Shown here: positions 47,301 through 60,400 of the stretch, piece after piece
How the letters are laid out: each line of letters begins with the position of its first letter
Numbering within the stretch: position 1 is the stretch's first letter
DNA from: Eledone cirrhosa
Lineage: Eukaryota
Assembly: GCA_964016885.1 (NCBI GenBank)
Contig: OZ024743.1
Location: 63,922,001 to 63,986,000, forward strand
Reading direction: 5' to 3'
Length of the DNA stretch: 64,000 nt
The notes under the pieces: model-generated
The model's database searches: none
Told to the model about the DNA's origin: nothing
Seen by the model: the letters and a program-made list of their open reading frames with translations, nothing else
Program-made: the position numbers and the translations under genes

Positions 47301-48160
47301 CCATTCTACCCTACTGCTGCTATGCCCTCTAACCACCTCCCCGCACACACAGACACACAACACTCCTCCTGCCTTGACCACTTCCTGTTGCGCGCGCACC
47401 CCACATCTCCCCTCTTCCGACCAATCTCTTCACGGATTACACGTATGTGAACCTTGATCCCGGAATCCACCACATCCAAGGATTTTACTAAGCATTCCAC
47501 CACATCTTCTTACGGAATCACCTTTATGACTCACCCACACACACACCCAAAAATAATTTTTTTTCCCACACGCCACCTACACCCACAACACGCTTAAACA
47601 CCACACACACACGTGCGTACCACCACATATTTACACATTCAGCCTCCGGATTCCTCTCCCCTCACCCCTCTATCCACACACGCACACACACTCCGACCTA
47701 CACCCCACCCAAACATACCTCTTCCTGAACATGCAACCCCGTTTTCCCCCAACCCTTGCTTTCACATACACACACCCACACACACGTACACCTACACACA
47801 CACACACCACCTTCAGCCCTCCCCGCTCGGACACCCCGTCTCCCTCTCCCCACTGCACCCGCCACCACCCCTACACGCCCCACACCCTTCCACCACCTGT
47901 TTTACCCCATTTTAATTTTATTTTGATCATGCTTTTATTTTTAATTTCATTTGCACCGTTTCCTCTCACCCCCTTTTTGCTATATGTCTCTCCACCACTC
48001 CCCTACACACCCTTTGAACTCTCTTCCCACACACTTTTCACCTGAAGAAGGGCTTATGCCCGAAACGTCGTACCCCACCACCACCCCACTCTCAAGAGCG
48101 TGAAATTAATAAACATTTGTTGTACTGCCTCTCTGTTTTGTTCCCGTTCAATTTTTCATT
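44388..48160 (+). mobile_element. Penelope-like element (Neptune-like), C-rich and frameshifted
   Basis: IKPADKGGAVVVW (~44840), LPKLHKP, LDIKSLYT, MGTRMDPNYANLF, RYIDD, FLDI, KPTDSHSYL, zinc-finger linker and YVGQT (GIY-YIG-like, ~46370). Long CA-rich 3' region, HHR, AATAAA ~48108, (TA)n flanks. Confidence 0.88.
48040..48070 (+). ncRNA. Minimal hammerhead ribozyme of the Neptune-like PLE
   Basis: ac-CTGAAGA-a-gggc-ttat-gccc-GAAACGTC^gt. Confidence 0.75.
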
Positions 48161-48292
48161 ATATATATATATATATATATATATAAGTATTGAAATTTCC
48201 GTTGGAAACAGAAAAGGTCATAGAAATGAAGAGTGCTCTATGTAAGTATCAGAGCAAAATTTAATGTATAAAAATCAATACAATATAATTAC

Positions 48293-48360
48293 CTCATTAC
48301 CAGAGGTTTCCCGAATGAGGCGAATACGAAATAAACGACTTCATTCGTTCGTCAGACGAG
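48293..48360 (-). ncRNA. Type-I hammerhead ribozyme
   Basis: Minus strand: ctcgt-CTGACGA-a-cgaatga...tcattcg-g-GAAACC-tct-GGTA^atgag; all three stems pair. Confidence 0.8.
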
Positions 48361-49150
48361 GCAATATAAAACATGGGCAAATACTTAGAAAAACACATCA
48401 AGAAAATCAAAAAAAGATATAGATAAATGAAATAGAAATTGAAATATATAAAAATCTATCAAGAAGTATAGTTAGGTGTGTGTATATGTATGTATATACG
48501 CCCACAGATGTGCATATATGTATATGTGCACATGTAAATGTATAGTGAGAAAGTGTGCGTAATTCTAAAATATGTATCTATATGTCTGTATTATACAGAC
48601 AGAAATGGTTACATCGTAAATATATGAATATGAAAATGAAAGCGCGCGCATAAAACGCCTGGACACTCGTACGCTTAGATGCGGAAAGAAAGGAGGTAAA
48701 GGGAGTGTAATAATTAAAAGAAAAGTATCAGTCTCGATATATTTATAAAAATATAATAACGATAAATTAGAAAGAAAAGATATTAGAAAGAAAAAATTAA
48801 AGAAAACAAAAAAGGGGGGTACATACATACACAGACACGCGTGTCTCACAAAAGAAATATAAAAATAATTATGCTTATATACACACGCGCACTTACACTT
48901 CCATACGTTCGATACGTACATACACACACACACACACACACATACTTATACTCACGCATATAAACCTGTTTGCATGCCCTCGTATGAAACTGAGTAAGTA
49001 AAAAAAGAGGGAAGGGGGGGGGGGGAGAAGAAGAAAAAAGGAACAAAACATAAAACCGAGATGTCAAAAACACGGATATAAAGACACGTACACATACGCA
49101 TAATATATACATACACACACACACAAACACCTGTACACACACATATACAT

Positions 49151-49181
<31 letters not shown>

Positions 49182-49574
49182 CCTATACATACACGCACGC
49201 GCGCGCACATACGTAGTCACTCATGTACATATATAAAAAGTATACACACATTAAGGCGTTCAGCCATATTGAAATGTGGATAAATAAGTACAAATATAAA
49301 ATTATAAGATAGGCTGCGCAAAAATAAAATAAAAATAAAAATGAAAAATATATCTGGATTGAAAAACACAAAAGACAAGTGTAATCAGTTAGTGGAGGAA
49401 AAAGGGAAGTAAAAGAAGGGGAAGTAAAAAATAGAAAATAGGAAGTGGATCGGAGAATAAAGGGGGGGGGGATGTGAAGTAAAAATAAATAAAAGTGAAA
49501 ATAAATGAAATTATTGACAAGGATAAAAATGAAAGTAAGTCAGAAAGGGTAATTAAAAAGAGAATAATAAGAGT

Positions 49575-50846
49575 TTATGGAGGATAAGTATCTGAAAGTG
49601 TGTTAAGTTTATATGAGCTGGAAAGCAGGTGTGATTTCATGTGTGGGCAACTGGTGAAAATTTCCGTCTTTGTGTTCAGGCAGGTCTTTGGTGATTTAAG
49701 ATTTTGCAATATCCAAAATTTTTCATTTATGCAGAGCGTGCATTTTCTTGTTCCTCTAGCATATTTTTTAGATTGGTTCAAAATTGACCAATCTAGTTTA
49801 TATTGGATGCCTTGGTCTTTCAAATCCCAAATTCTGCTAGCCAGAGCTGTTGTAAATCTTTTTTCTGGATGTCGAAAGGATGCGACATGTGAGTAATAAC
49901 GCGTTTTGAATCTGTCTTGCGTCATACCCACATATCGTTCACTAGTGGCTGGATGGTTGTTGCTGATGGTTGTCACTTTAGCCGCATATACAATGGCTTT
50001 GGTGTTGCATTTACCTTGTAATGGGCATTCACTTTTGATTCTACAGGAGCAAGTTTGATTTTCTCTAGGTGATATTTTGTTGAGGATATAGGACTTAATA
50101 GGGGGACCGCAGGAATAGCTAATTTTAACACAGTTTCTGTTAAAGATCTTATAGTATCTATGTGTTCTAGGGAAATGTTTATCTAGGAGTTCTAGGAATT
50201 TTTTGCCTACATTAGTTTTAACTGCTAGAGAGTAGGGGGGTGTGAACCAGATTATTTTTCTTTTCCTATTTTTATGTTTAATAGAGTTAGTGTAGTTAGG
50301 TATGTATTTAATCGGTTCGCTAAAGCCGCTATTTTGGAGGGCTTTGTTATAGTATGGGGATGCCTTATTAAAAATAGCTTCTGATGAAGAGAGGGTGGAG
50401 ATCCTACGGCTAATATTAGGGATAAGGTTTTTAAAAACTATAGGTGGATGGCAAGATCCTTTATTTATATATTTTAAGTTTTCATTAGGTTTATGGTATG
50501 GTTTATAAGAAGCAGTAGGCAAATCTAGGTTTATATCTAGGAAATCTACGTTGGAAAGGTTAGTGTCAATAGTAATTTTAAGATTAAAACTAGCGAAGGT
50601 TTTTATTAAGTCTTTCCTTAATCTATCTAAGTTATGGCCTATGGTGGTATGGGAAAGTATTAGACCATCATCGCGATAAAGCCCCAAAATATGGTTAGGA
50701 AATTTTTCTTTAAGTGTATGTAAGAGGAATAGGCCGACCAGATCACAAACCTCGGCACTGTCATAAGAGCCCATTGAGACATCGAATGGGTTCTCTGGGT
50801 TAGATATTTTTACCCAAGTGTCATTATCATTAAAAAGTAGAGTGTT

Positions 50847-50849
<3 letters not shown>
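49575..50849 (-). CDS. PLE RT C-terminal half plus GIY-YIG endonuclease (5'-truncated, uninterrupted)
   Basis: MGSYDSAEVCDLVG, GLYRDDGL, FLDI, CSC..CPL, AIVY..YVG, FKTRY..H, CTLC..EK, CPH. Confidence 0.85.
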
Positions 50850-50925
<76 letters not shown>

Positions 50926-51024
50926 GTGTGTATACTAATACTAGGCAGAGGAGTTTTTAAATAAAACTAACAAAACAAAAAAACTTCAACAAAATTAAGG
51001 AAAGAAACAAACTATTTCAGAAAT

Positions 51025-52089
51025 CTTCATCTACATCACCATCACCACCACCACCATCATCTACATCACCATCACCACCACCATCATCTACATCACCATC
51101 ACCACCACCATCATCTACATCACCACCATCACCACCACCACCATCATTTACATCACCATCACCACCACCACCACCATCATCTACATCACCACCATCACCA
51201 CCACCACCATCATTTACATCACCATCACCACCACCACCACCATCATCTACATCACCATCACCACCACCACCACCACCATCATCTACATCACCATCACCAC
51301 CACCACCGCCATCATCTACATCACCATCACCATCACCACCACCATCATCTACATCACCATCACCATCACCACCACCATCATCTACATCACCATCACCACC
51401 ACCACCACCATCATCTACATCACCATCACCACCACCACCACCATCATCTACATCACCATCACCACCACCACCACCATCATCTACATCACCATCACCACCA
51501 TCATCTACATCACCATCACCACCACCACCACCATCATCTACATCACCATCACCACCACCACCATCATCTACATCACCATCACCACCACCACCACCATCAT
51601 CTATATCACCATCACCTCCACCACCACCATCATCTACATCACCATCACCACCACCATCATCTACACCACCACCACCACCACCATCATCTACATCACCATC
51701 ACCACCACCACCACCATCATCTACATCACCATCACCACCACCACCACCATCATCTACATCACCATCACCACCACCACCACCATCATCTACATCACCACCA
51801 CCACCGCCATCATCTACATCACCATCACCACCACCACCACCATCATCTACATCACCGTCACCACCACCATCACCATCATCTACATCACCACCACCATCAT
51901 CTATATCACCATCACCATCATGACTGCCGTCAACATTATCACCATCATCATCATCATCATCATCATCGTCATCAGCATCATCATCATCAACATTATAATC
52001 ATTATCATCATGATAAACAACACCATCATCATCACCATCAACACTGCCATTACTATCACTATCACCATCATCATCATCATCATCTTCAC

Positions 52090-52143
<54 letters not shown>

Positions 52144-52230
52144 TATCATCATGATAAACATCACCATCATCATCACCATCAACACTATATTACTATCATC
52201 ATCATCATCATCATCATTACCATCATCATC
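51025..52230. repeat. Compound CAC/CAT minisatellite (~24-33 bp unit CATCATCTACATCACCAT(CAC)n) grading into (CAT)n
   Basis: Read directly from the sequence. Confidence 0.92.
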
Positions 52231-52319
52231 ACTAGTGAATTTAATTAATTCCCTTGTATTAATAAGCCAAATATACCTTTGTTAATGAGGTTAACTGTAG
52301 TAGCAGTAGATGCCATCAC

Positions 52320-52705
52320 TGTTGTTGTTGGTGGTGGTGGTTGTAATGGTGGTGGTGGTAGTGGTGGCGGTAGTGATGGTGATGATGGTAGTGGTGGTAG
52401 TGGTGGTGGTGGTGGTGGTGGTGTTGGTAGTGGTGTTGATAGTAGTGTTGGTAGTGGTGTTGGGGTTGTTGGTAGTGTTGCTGGTAGTGGTGGGTGTTGG
52501 TGTTGTTGTTGTTGTCGTTGTTGGTAGTAGTGTTGATGTTGTTGGTTGTGGTTATATTGTTGGTAGTGGTGTTGGTGTTGTTGGTTGGTTGTGTTGGTAG
52601 TTGTGGTAATGTTGGTGTTGGTATTGTTGTTGTTGTTGTTGTCAGTGGTAGTAGCATTGGTAGTGTTGGTAGTGGTAGTGTTGGTAGTAGTTTTGATGAT
52701 GCTGT
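52320..52705. repeat. Degenerate (GGT/GTT/GTA)n trinucleotide repeat
   Basis: Read directly from the sequence. Confidence 0.9.
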
Positions 52706-52862
52706 TGTATATATTTATTCATGCATTCGTTATTGTGTTAATCAAGTGCAAAGTTGTGGTGTGAACAGTAGCTAGGATGTTTCAAAGACACAGAGAAAAG
52801 ACCAACGTTGATGGCTTTGAAGTTCACTTTGAATAGCCCACTGTTGTACTTAATCCCTCAAC

Positions 52863-52990
<128 letters not shown>

Positions 52991-53084
52991 AAAGTTAAAA
53001 ACTCAAATTAGTCCCTTATAATCAAAGTAGCTCAAGGAAAAAATTTTCCGAGCCTAATAATACCATAAAGAGAGATGATCACAG

Positions 53085-53115
<31 letters not shown>

Positions 53116-53389
53116 CAAATCACAAAGGACAAAAAACCTGCCAGGGTGAAGCAAATATTGACTAAAGATAATACGGTTCACATGACTCAATTAAAAGGAT
53201 AAATCAGTTTGTAAATAAGATTTACAAACAGATTATGATAACTATCAACATCCAGACTGCTTTGGGTAGGACTGTTTTGCAAATCAGTGGAGAGAGTTAG
53301 AGATTCCGTGCTCTTCCGTGGATGTTCGGATCAGTAATCACTCCACTACTAATTTCTTTAGCAGACTAAATAACACGCATTATTTCTTT

Positions 53390-53575
53390 GTGGATTGGCA
53401 GTATCAGTAGAGGGTCGGACGCCATGCTTCCCAGCATAGTTACGTCCCTTTACGATCTGAGTTCAAATCCCGCCGAGGTTGACTTTGCCTTTCATCCTTA
53501 CGGGGTCGATAAAATAAAGTACCAGTAATACACTGGTTAATTGCTGGCCTTGTGCCTAAAGTAGAAACAATTATT
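53390..53575 (+). mobile_element. tRNA-SINE (Meta-like family)
   Basis: Same family as 15112; flanked by a ~34-bp direct repeat. Confidence 0.82.
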
Positions 53576-53615
53576 TCTTTAGCAGACTAAATAACACGCA
53601 TTATTTATCCTCCAG

Positions 53616-53805
53616 GGCGGTGGATTGGCAGTATCGGTAGAGGGTCAGACGCCATGCTTTCCAGCATTGAGTTACGGCCCTTGCCATTCTGAGTTCAAAT
53701 CCCGTCGAGGTTAACTTTGCCTTTCATCCTTACGGGGTCGATAAAATAAAGTACCGGTAATACACTGGGGTAATAGCTGGCCTTGTGCCAAAAGTAGAAA
53801 CAATT
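53616..53805 (+). mobile_element. tRNA-SINE (Meta-like family)
   Basis: Target-site duplication (TSD) attatttatcctccagggc at 53600-53618 and 53803-53821. Confidence 0.85.
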
Positions 53806-53972
53806 ATTTATCCTCCAGGGCAATGTCTTCACCATCCTGTCAGTTGGGACCATGGGGTAGACTGACCCTTAAGTTTGATTTATGGAGGTGGCATCAGCAT
53901 AAGTAGGTTAAGAAATGAAACATGGTTGAAAGAAACTACAAAATATATTCTATTATATCTTAAATCTGGATT

Positions 53973-54162
53973 GGCGGTGGATTGGCAGTATCGGTAGAGG
54001 GTCGGACGCCATGTTTTCCAGCATAGCTACGTCCCTTAACGATCTGAGTTCAAATCCCGCCGAGGTTGACTTTGCCTTTCATCCTTACGGGGTCGATAAA
54101 ATAAAGTACCAGTAATGCTCTGGTTAATTGCTGGCCTTGTGCCAAAAGTAGAAACAATTATT
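53973..54162 (+). mobile_element. tRNA-SINE (Meta-like family)
   Basis: Same family; A and B boxes present. Confidence 0.82.
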
Positions 54163-54442
54163 TAGTCTCCTAAAGAAATTAGTAGTGGAGTGATTACTGA
54201 TCCGAACATCCACGGAAGAGCACGGAATCTCTAACTCTCTCCACTGATTTGTGAAACAGTTCTACCCAAAGCAGTTTGGATGTTGATAGTTATCATAATC
54301 GGTTTGTAAATCTTATTTATCCTTTTAATGAGTCTTGTGAACTGCATTATCTTTAATCAGTATTTGCTTCACCCTCGCGGTTTTTTGTCCCTTGTGATTT
54401 GAACGCATATATGTATATATCTGTGTTTATCTCTCTTCATGG

Positions 54443-54474
<32 letters not shown>

Positions 54475-54478
<4 letters not shown>

Positions 54479-57400
54479 GAGAGGTATAGAGATTGTTTTA
54501 GCAAGAAGCTAACGGCATTCTATAACATATATGCGACTATAACGTCAAGATGGGAAAAGTAGTTAACAAAAGATTTAGGAAAAATAACTCAAACTCATCT
54601 CAAAAGAGAATCAGGATATAAATTCATCCACAGAATTTAGTAAAATCCAGGGAAAATCTATAGACCTTTAACTCATGATAAAATAAAGTTTGAAACACTT
54701 ATCCTTCAATTTGGAATAACATCAAATGCTCTGTATAGTCTTAAAAGACTATTTCATGAAAACTTTCAGTGGAGATGGTCACGGTTGGAATTTCAATCAT
54801 CAGCAGAGCTCAACAGAAAACCAGGGCTCTCACAGTAATATAATCCGAAAAAGGGAATTCTAAAACTGGCTAGTTCGCCTTCATGTGTATTTATGAAAAA
54901 GCACATGAGGAAAAAAACGGGGCTAGTGACGTCAGGATGGAAGTGAATGTTTATTTACAAGAAATAGCAGTCAAATACATTCTGAAAAAAACTCTACAAA
55001 GGAGTTCAGCAAAATAGCAATAATTATCACAGTTTTTATGAAAAAAACCGGGATTAGTCACAGATAGTTTAAGCACTCTAGGAAAAGAATCCGAGTATAA
55101 ATATAAATGAGAGGTATAGAGATTGTTTTAGCAAGAAGCTAACGGCATTCTATAACATATATGCGACTATAACGTCAAGATGGGAAAAGTAGTTAACAAA
55201 AGATTTAGGAAAAATAACTCAAACTCATCTCAAAAGAGAATCAGGATATAAATTCATCCACAGAATTTAGTAAAATCCAGGGAAAATCTATAGACCTTTA
55301 ACTCATGATAAAATAAAGTTTGAAACACTTATCCTTCAATTTGGAATAACATCAAATGCTCTGTATAGTCTTAAAAGACTATTTCATGAAAACTTTCAGT
55401 GGAGATGGTCACGGTTGGAATTTCAATCATCAGCAGAGCTCAACAGAAAACCAGGGCTCTCACAGTAATATAATCCGAAAAAGGGAATTCTAAAACTGGC
55501 TAGTTCGCCTTCATGTGTATTTATGAAAAAGCACATGAGGAAAAAACGGGGCTAGTGACGTCAGAATGGAAGTGAATGTTTATTTACAAGAAATAGCAGT
55601 CAAATACATTCTGAAAAAAAAAACTCTACAAAGGAGTTCAGCAAAATAGCAATAATTATCACAGTTTTTATGAAAAAAACCGGGATTAGTCACAGATAGT
55701 TTAAGCACTCTAGGAAAAGAATCCGAGTATAAATATAAATGAGAGGTATAGAGATTGTTTTAGCAAGAAGCTAACGGCATTCTATAACATATATGCGACT
55801 ATAACGTCAAGATGGGAAAAGTAGTTAACAAAAGATTTAGGAAAAATAACTCAAACTCATCTCAAAAGAGAATCAGGATATAAATTCATCCACAGAATTT
55901 AGTAAAATCCAAGGAAAATCTATAGACCTTTAACTCATGATAAAATAAAGTTTGAAACACTTATCCTTCAATTTGGAATAACATCAAATGCTCTGTATAG
56001 TCTTAAAAGACTATTTCATGAAAACTTTCAGTGGAGATGGTCACGGTTGGAATTTCAATCATCAGCAGAGCTCAACAGAAAACCAGGGCTCTCACAGTAA
56101 TATAATCCGAAAAAGGGAATTCTAAAACTGGCTAGTTCGCCTTCATGTGTATTTATGAAAAAGCACATGAGGAAAAAACGGGGCTAGTGACGTCAGAATG
56201 GAAGTGAATGTTTATTTACAAGAAATAGCAGTCAAATACATTCTGAAAAAAAAAAACTCTACAAAGGAGTTCAGCAAAATAGCAATAATTATCACAGTTT
56301 TTATGAAAAAAACCGGGATTAGTCACAGATAGTTTAAGCACTCTAGGAAAAGAATCCGAGTATAAATATAAATGAGAGGTATAGAGATTGTTTTAGCAAG
56401 AAGCTAACGGCATTCTATAACATATATGCGACTATAACGTCAAGATGGGAAAAGTAGTTAACAAAAGATTTAGGAAAAATAACTCAAACTCATCTCAAAA
56501 GAGAATCAGGATATAAATTCATCCACAGAATTTAGTAAAATCCAGGGAAAATCTATAGACCTTTAACTCATGATAAAATAAAGTTTGAAACACTTATCCT
56601 TCAATTTGGAATAACATCAAATGCTCTGTATAGTCTTAAAAGACTATTTCATGAAAACTTTCAGTGGAGATGGTCACGGTTGGAATTTCAATCATCAGCA
56701 GAGCTCAACAGAAAACCAGGGCTCTCACAGTAATATAATCCGAAAAAGGGAATTCTAAAACTGGCTAGTTCGCCTTCATGTGTATTTATGAAAAAGCACA
56801 TGAGGAAAAAACGGGGCTAGTGACGTCAGAATGGAAGTGAATGTTTATTTACAAGAAATAGCAGTCAAATACATTCTGAAAAAAAAAACTCTACAAAGGA
56901 GTTCAGCAAAATAGCAATTATTATCACAGTTTTTATGAAAAAAACCGGGATTAGTCACAGATAGTTTAAGCACTCTAGGAAAAGAATCCGAGTATAAATA
57001 TAAATGAGAGGTATAGAGATTGTTTTAGCAAGAAGCTAACGGCATTCTATAACATATATGCGACTATAACGTCAAGATGGGAAAAGTAGTTAACAAAAGA
57101 TTTAGGAAAAATAACTCAAACTCATCTCAAAAGAGAATCAGGATATAAATTCATCCACAGAATTTAGTAAAATCCAGGGAAAATCTATAGACCTTTAACT
57201 CATGATAAAATAAAGTTTGAAACACTTATCCTTCAATTTGGAATAACATCAAATGCTCTGTATAGTCTTAAAAGACTATTTCATGAAAACTTTCAGTGGA
57301 GATGGTCACGGTTGGAATTTCAATCATCAGCAGAGCTCAACAGAAAACCAGGGCTCTCACAGTAATATAATCCGAAAAAGGGAATTCTAAAACTGGCTAG

Positions 57401-60400
57401 TTCGCCTTCATGTGTATTTATGAAAAAGCACATGAGGAAAAAACGGGGCTAGTGACGTCAGAATGGAAGTGAATGTTTATTTACAAGAAATAGCAGTCAA
57501 ATCCATTCTAAAAAAAAAACTCTACAAAGGAGTTCAGCAAAATAGCAATAATTATCACAGTTTTTATGAAAAAAACCGGGATTAGTCACAGATAGTTTAA
57601 GCACTCTAGGAAAAGAATCCGAGTATAAATATAAATGAGAGATATAGAGATTGTTTTAGCAAGAAGCTAACGGCATTCTATAACATATATGCGACTATAA
57701 CGTCAAGATGGGAAAAGTAGTTAACAAAAGATTTAGGAAAAATAACTCAAACTCATCTCAAAAGAGAATCAGGATATAAATTCATCCACAGAATTTAGTA
57801 AAATCCAGGGAAAATCTATAGACCTTTAACTCATGATAAAATAAAGTTTGAAACACTTATCCTTCAATTTGGAATAACATCAAATGCTCTGTATAGTCTT
57901 AAAAGACTATTTCATGAAAACTTTCAGTGGAGATGGTCACGGTTGGAATTTCAATCATCAGCAGAGCTCAACAGAAAACCAGGGCTCTCACAGTAATATA
58001 ATCCGAAAAAGGGAATTCTAAAACTGGCTAGTTCGCCTTCATGTGTATTTATGAAAAAGCACATGAGGAAAAAACGGGGCTAGTGACGTCAGAATGGAAG
58101 TGAATGTTTATTTACAAGAAATAGCAGTCAAATACATTCTGAAAAAAAAAAACTCTACAAAGGAGTTCAGCAAAATAGCAATAATTATCACAGTTTTTAT
58201 GAAAAAAACCGGGATTAGTCACAGATAGTTTAAGCACTCTAGGAAAAGAATCCGAGTATAAATATAAATGAGAGGTATAGAGATTGTTTTAGCAAGAAGC
58301 TAACGGCATTCTATAACATATATGCGACTATAACGTCAAGATGGGAAAAGTAGTTAACAAAAGATTTAGGAAAAATAACTCAAACTCATCTCAAAAGAGA
58401 ATCAGGATATAAATTCATCCACAGAATTTAGTAAAATCCAGGGAAAATCTATAGACCTTTAACTCATGATAAAATAAAGTTTGAAACACTTATCCTTCAA
58501 TTTGGAATAACATCAAATGCTCTGTATAGTCTTAAAAGACTATTTCATGAAAACTTTCAGTGGAGATGGTCACGGTTGGAATTTCAATCATCAGCAGAGC
58601 TCAACAGAAAACCAGGGCTCTCACAGTAATATAATCCGAAAAAGGGAATTCTAAAACTGGCTAGTTCGCCTTCATGTGTATTTATGAAAAAGCACATGAG
58701 GAAAAAACGGGGCTAGTGACGTCAGGATGGAAGTGAATGTTTATTTACAAGAAATAGCAATCAAATACATTCTGGAAAAAAAACTCTACAAAGGAGTTCA
58801 GCAAAATAGCAATAATTATCACAGTTTTTATGAAAAAAACCGGGATTAGTCACAGATAGTTTAAGCACTCTAGGAAAAGAATCCGAGTATAAATATAAAT
58901 GAGAGGTATAGAGATTGTTTTAGCAAGAAGCTAACGGCATTCTATAACATATATGCGACTATAACGTCAAGATGGGAAAAGTAGTTAACAAAAGATTTAG
59001 GAAAAATAACTCAAACTCATCTCAAAAGAGAATCAGGATATAAATTCATCCACAGAATTTAGTAAAATCCAGGGGAAATCTATAGACCTTTAACTCATGA
59101 TAAAATAAAGTTTGAAACACTTATCCTTCAATTTGGAATAACATCAAATGCTCTGTATAGTCTTAAAAGACTATTTCATGAAAACTTTCAGTGGAGATGG
59201 TCACGGTTGGAATTTCAATCATCAGCAGAGCTCAACAGAAAACCAGGGCTCTCACAGTAATATAATCCGAAAAAGGGAATTCTAAAACTGGCTAGTTCGC
59301 CTTCATGTGTATTTATGAAAAAGCACATGAGGAAAAAACGGGGCTAGTGACGTCAGAATGGAAGTGAATGTTTATTTACAAGAAATAGCAGTCAAATACA
59401 TTCTGAAAAAAAAAACTCTACAAAGGAGTTCAGCAAAATAGCAATTATTATCACAGTTTTTATGAAAAAAACCGGGATTAGTCACAGATAGTTTAAGCAC
59501 TCTAGGAAAAGAATCCGAGTATAAATATAAATGAGAGGTATAGAGATTGTTTTAGCAAGAAGCTAACGGCATTCTATAACATATATGCGACTATAACGTC
59601 AAGATGGGAAAAGTAGTTAACAAAAGATTTAGGAAAAATAACTCAAACTCATCTCAAAAGAGAATCAGGATATAAATTCATCCACAGAATTTAGTAAAAT
59701 CCAGGGAAAATCTATAGACCTTTAACTCATGATAAAATAAAGTTTGAAACACTTATCCTTCAATTTGGAATAACATCAAATGCTCTGTATAGTCTTAAAA
59801 GACTATTTCATGAAAACTTTCAGTGGAGATGGTCACGGTTGGAATTTCAATCATCAGCAGAGCTCAACAGAAAACCAGGGCTCTCACAGTAATATAATCC
59901 GAAAAAGGGAATTCTAAAACTGGCTAGTTCGCCTTCATGTGTATTTATGAAAAAGCACATGAGGAAAAAACGGGGCTAGTGACGTCAGAATGGAAGTGAA
60001 TGTTTATTTACAAGAAATAGCAGTCAAATCCATTCTGAAAAAAAAAACTCTACAAAGGAGTTCAGCAAAATAGCAATAATTATCACAGTTTTTATGAAAA
60101 AAACCGGGATTAGTCACAGATAGTTTAAGCACTCTAGGAAAAGAATCCGAGTATAAATATAAATGAGAGGTATAGAGATTGTTTTAGCAAGAAGCTAACG
60201 GCATTCTATAACATATATGCGACTATAACGTCAAGATGGGAAAAGTAGTTAACAAAAGATTTAGGAAAAATAACTCAAACTCATCTCAAAAGAGAATCAG
60301 GATATAAATTCATCCACAGAATTTAGTAAAATCCAGGGGAAATCTATAGACCTTTAACTCATGATAAAATAAAGTTTGAAACACTTATCCTTCAATTTGG

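Larger units (their letters stand above)
48185..50849 (-). mobile_element. Penelope-like element (Naiad-like), 5'-truncated at (TA)n
   Basis: Open RT C-terminus/GIY-YIG frame, long 3' region and HHR; (TA)n on both flanks. Confidence 0.88.
53057..54448. repeat. ~300-bp inverted repeat (53057-53361 / 54170-54448) enclosing three SINEs
   Basis: For example gttagagattccgtgctcttccgtggatgttcggatcagtaatcactccactactaatttcttta is the reverse complement of 54171-54235. Confidence 0.9.

Noticed and set aside
51025-52775. Poly-His/Met/Val/Gly ORFs
   Set aside because: Translation artefacts of trinucleotide repeats; no splice or domain evidence.
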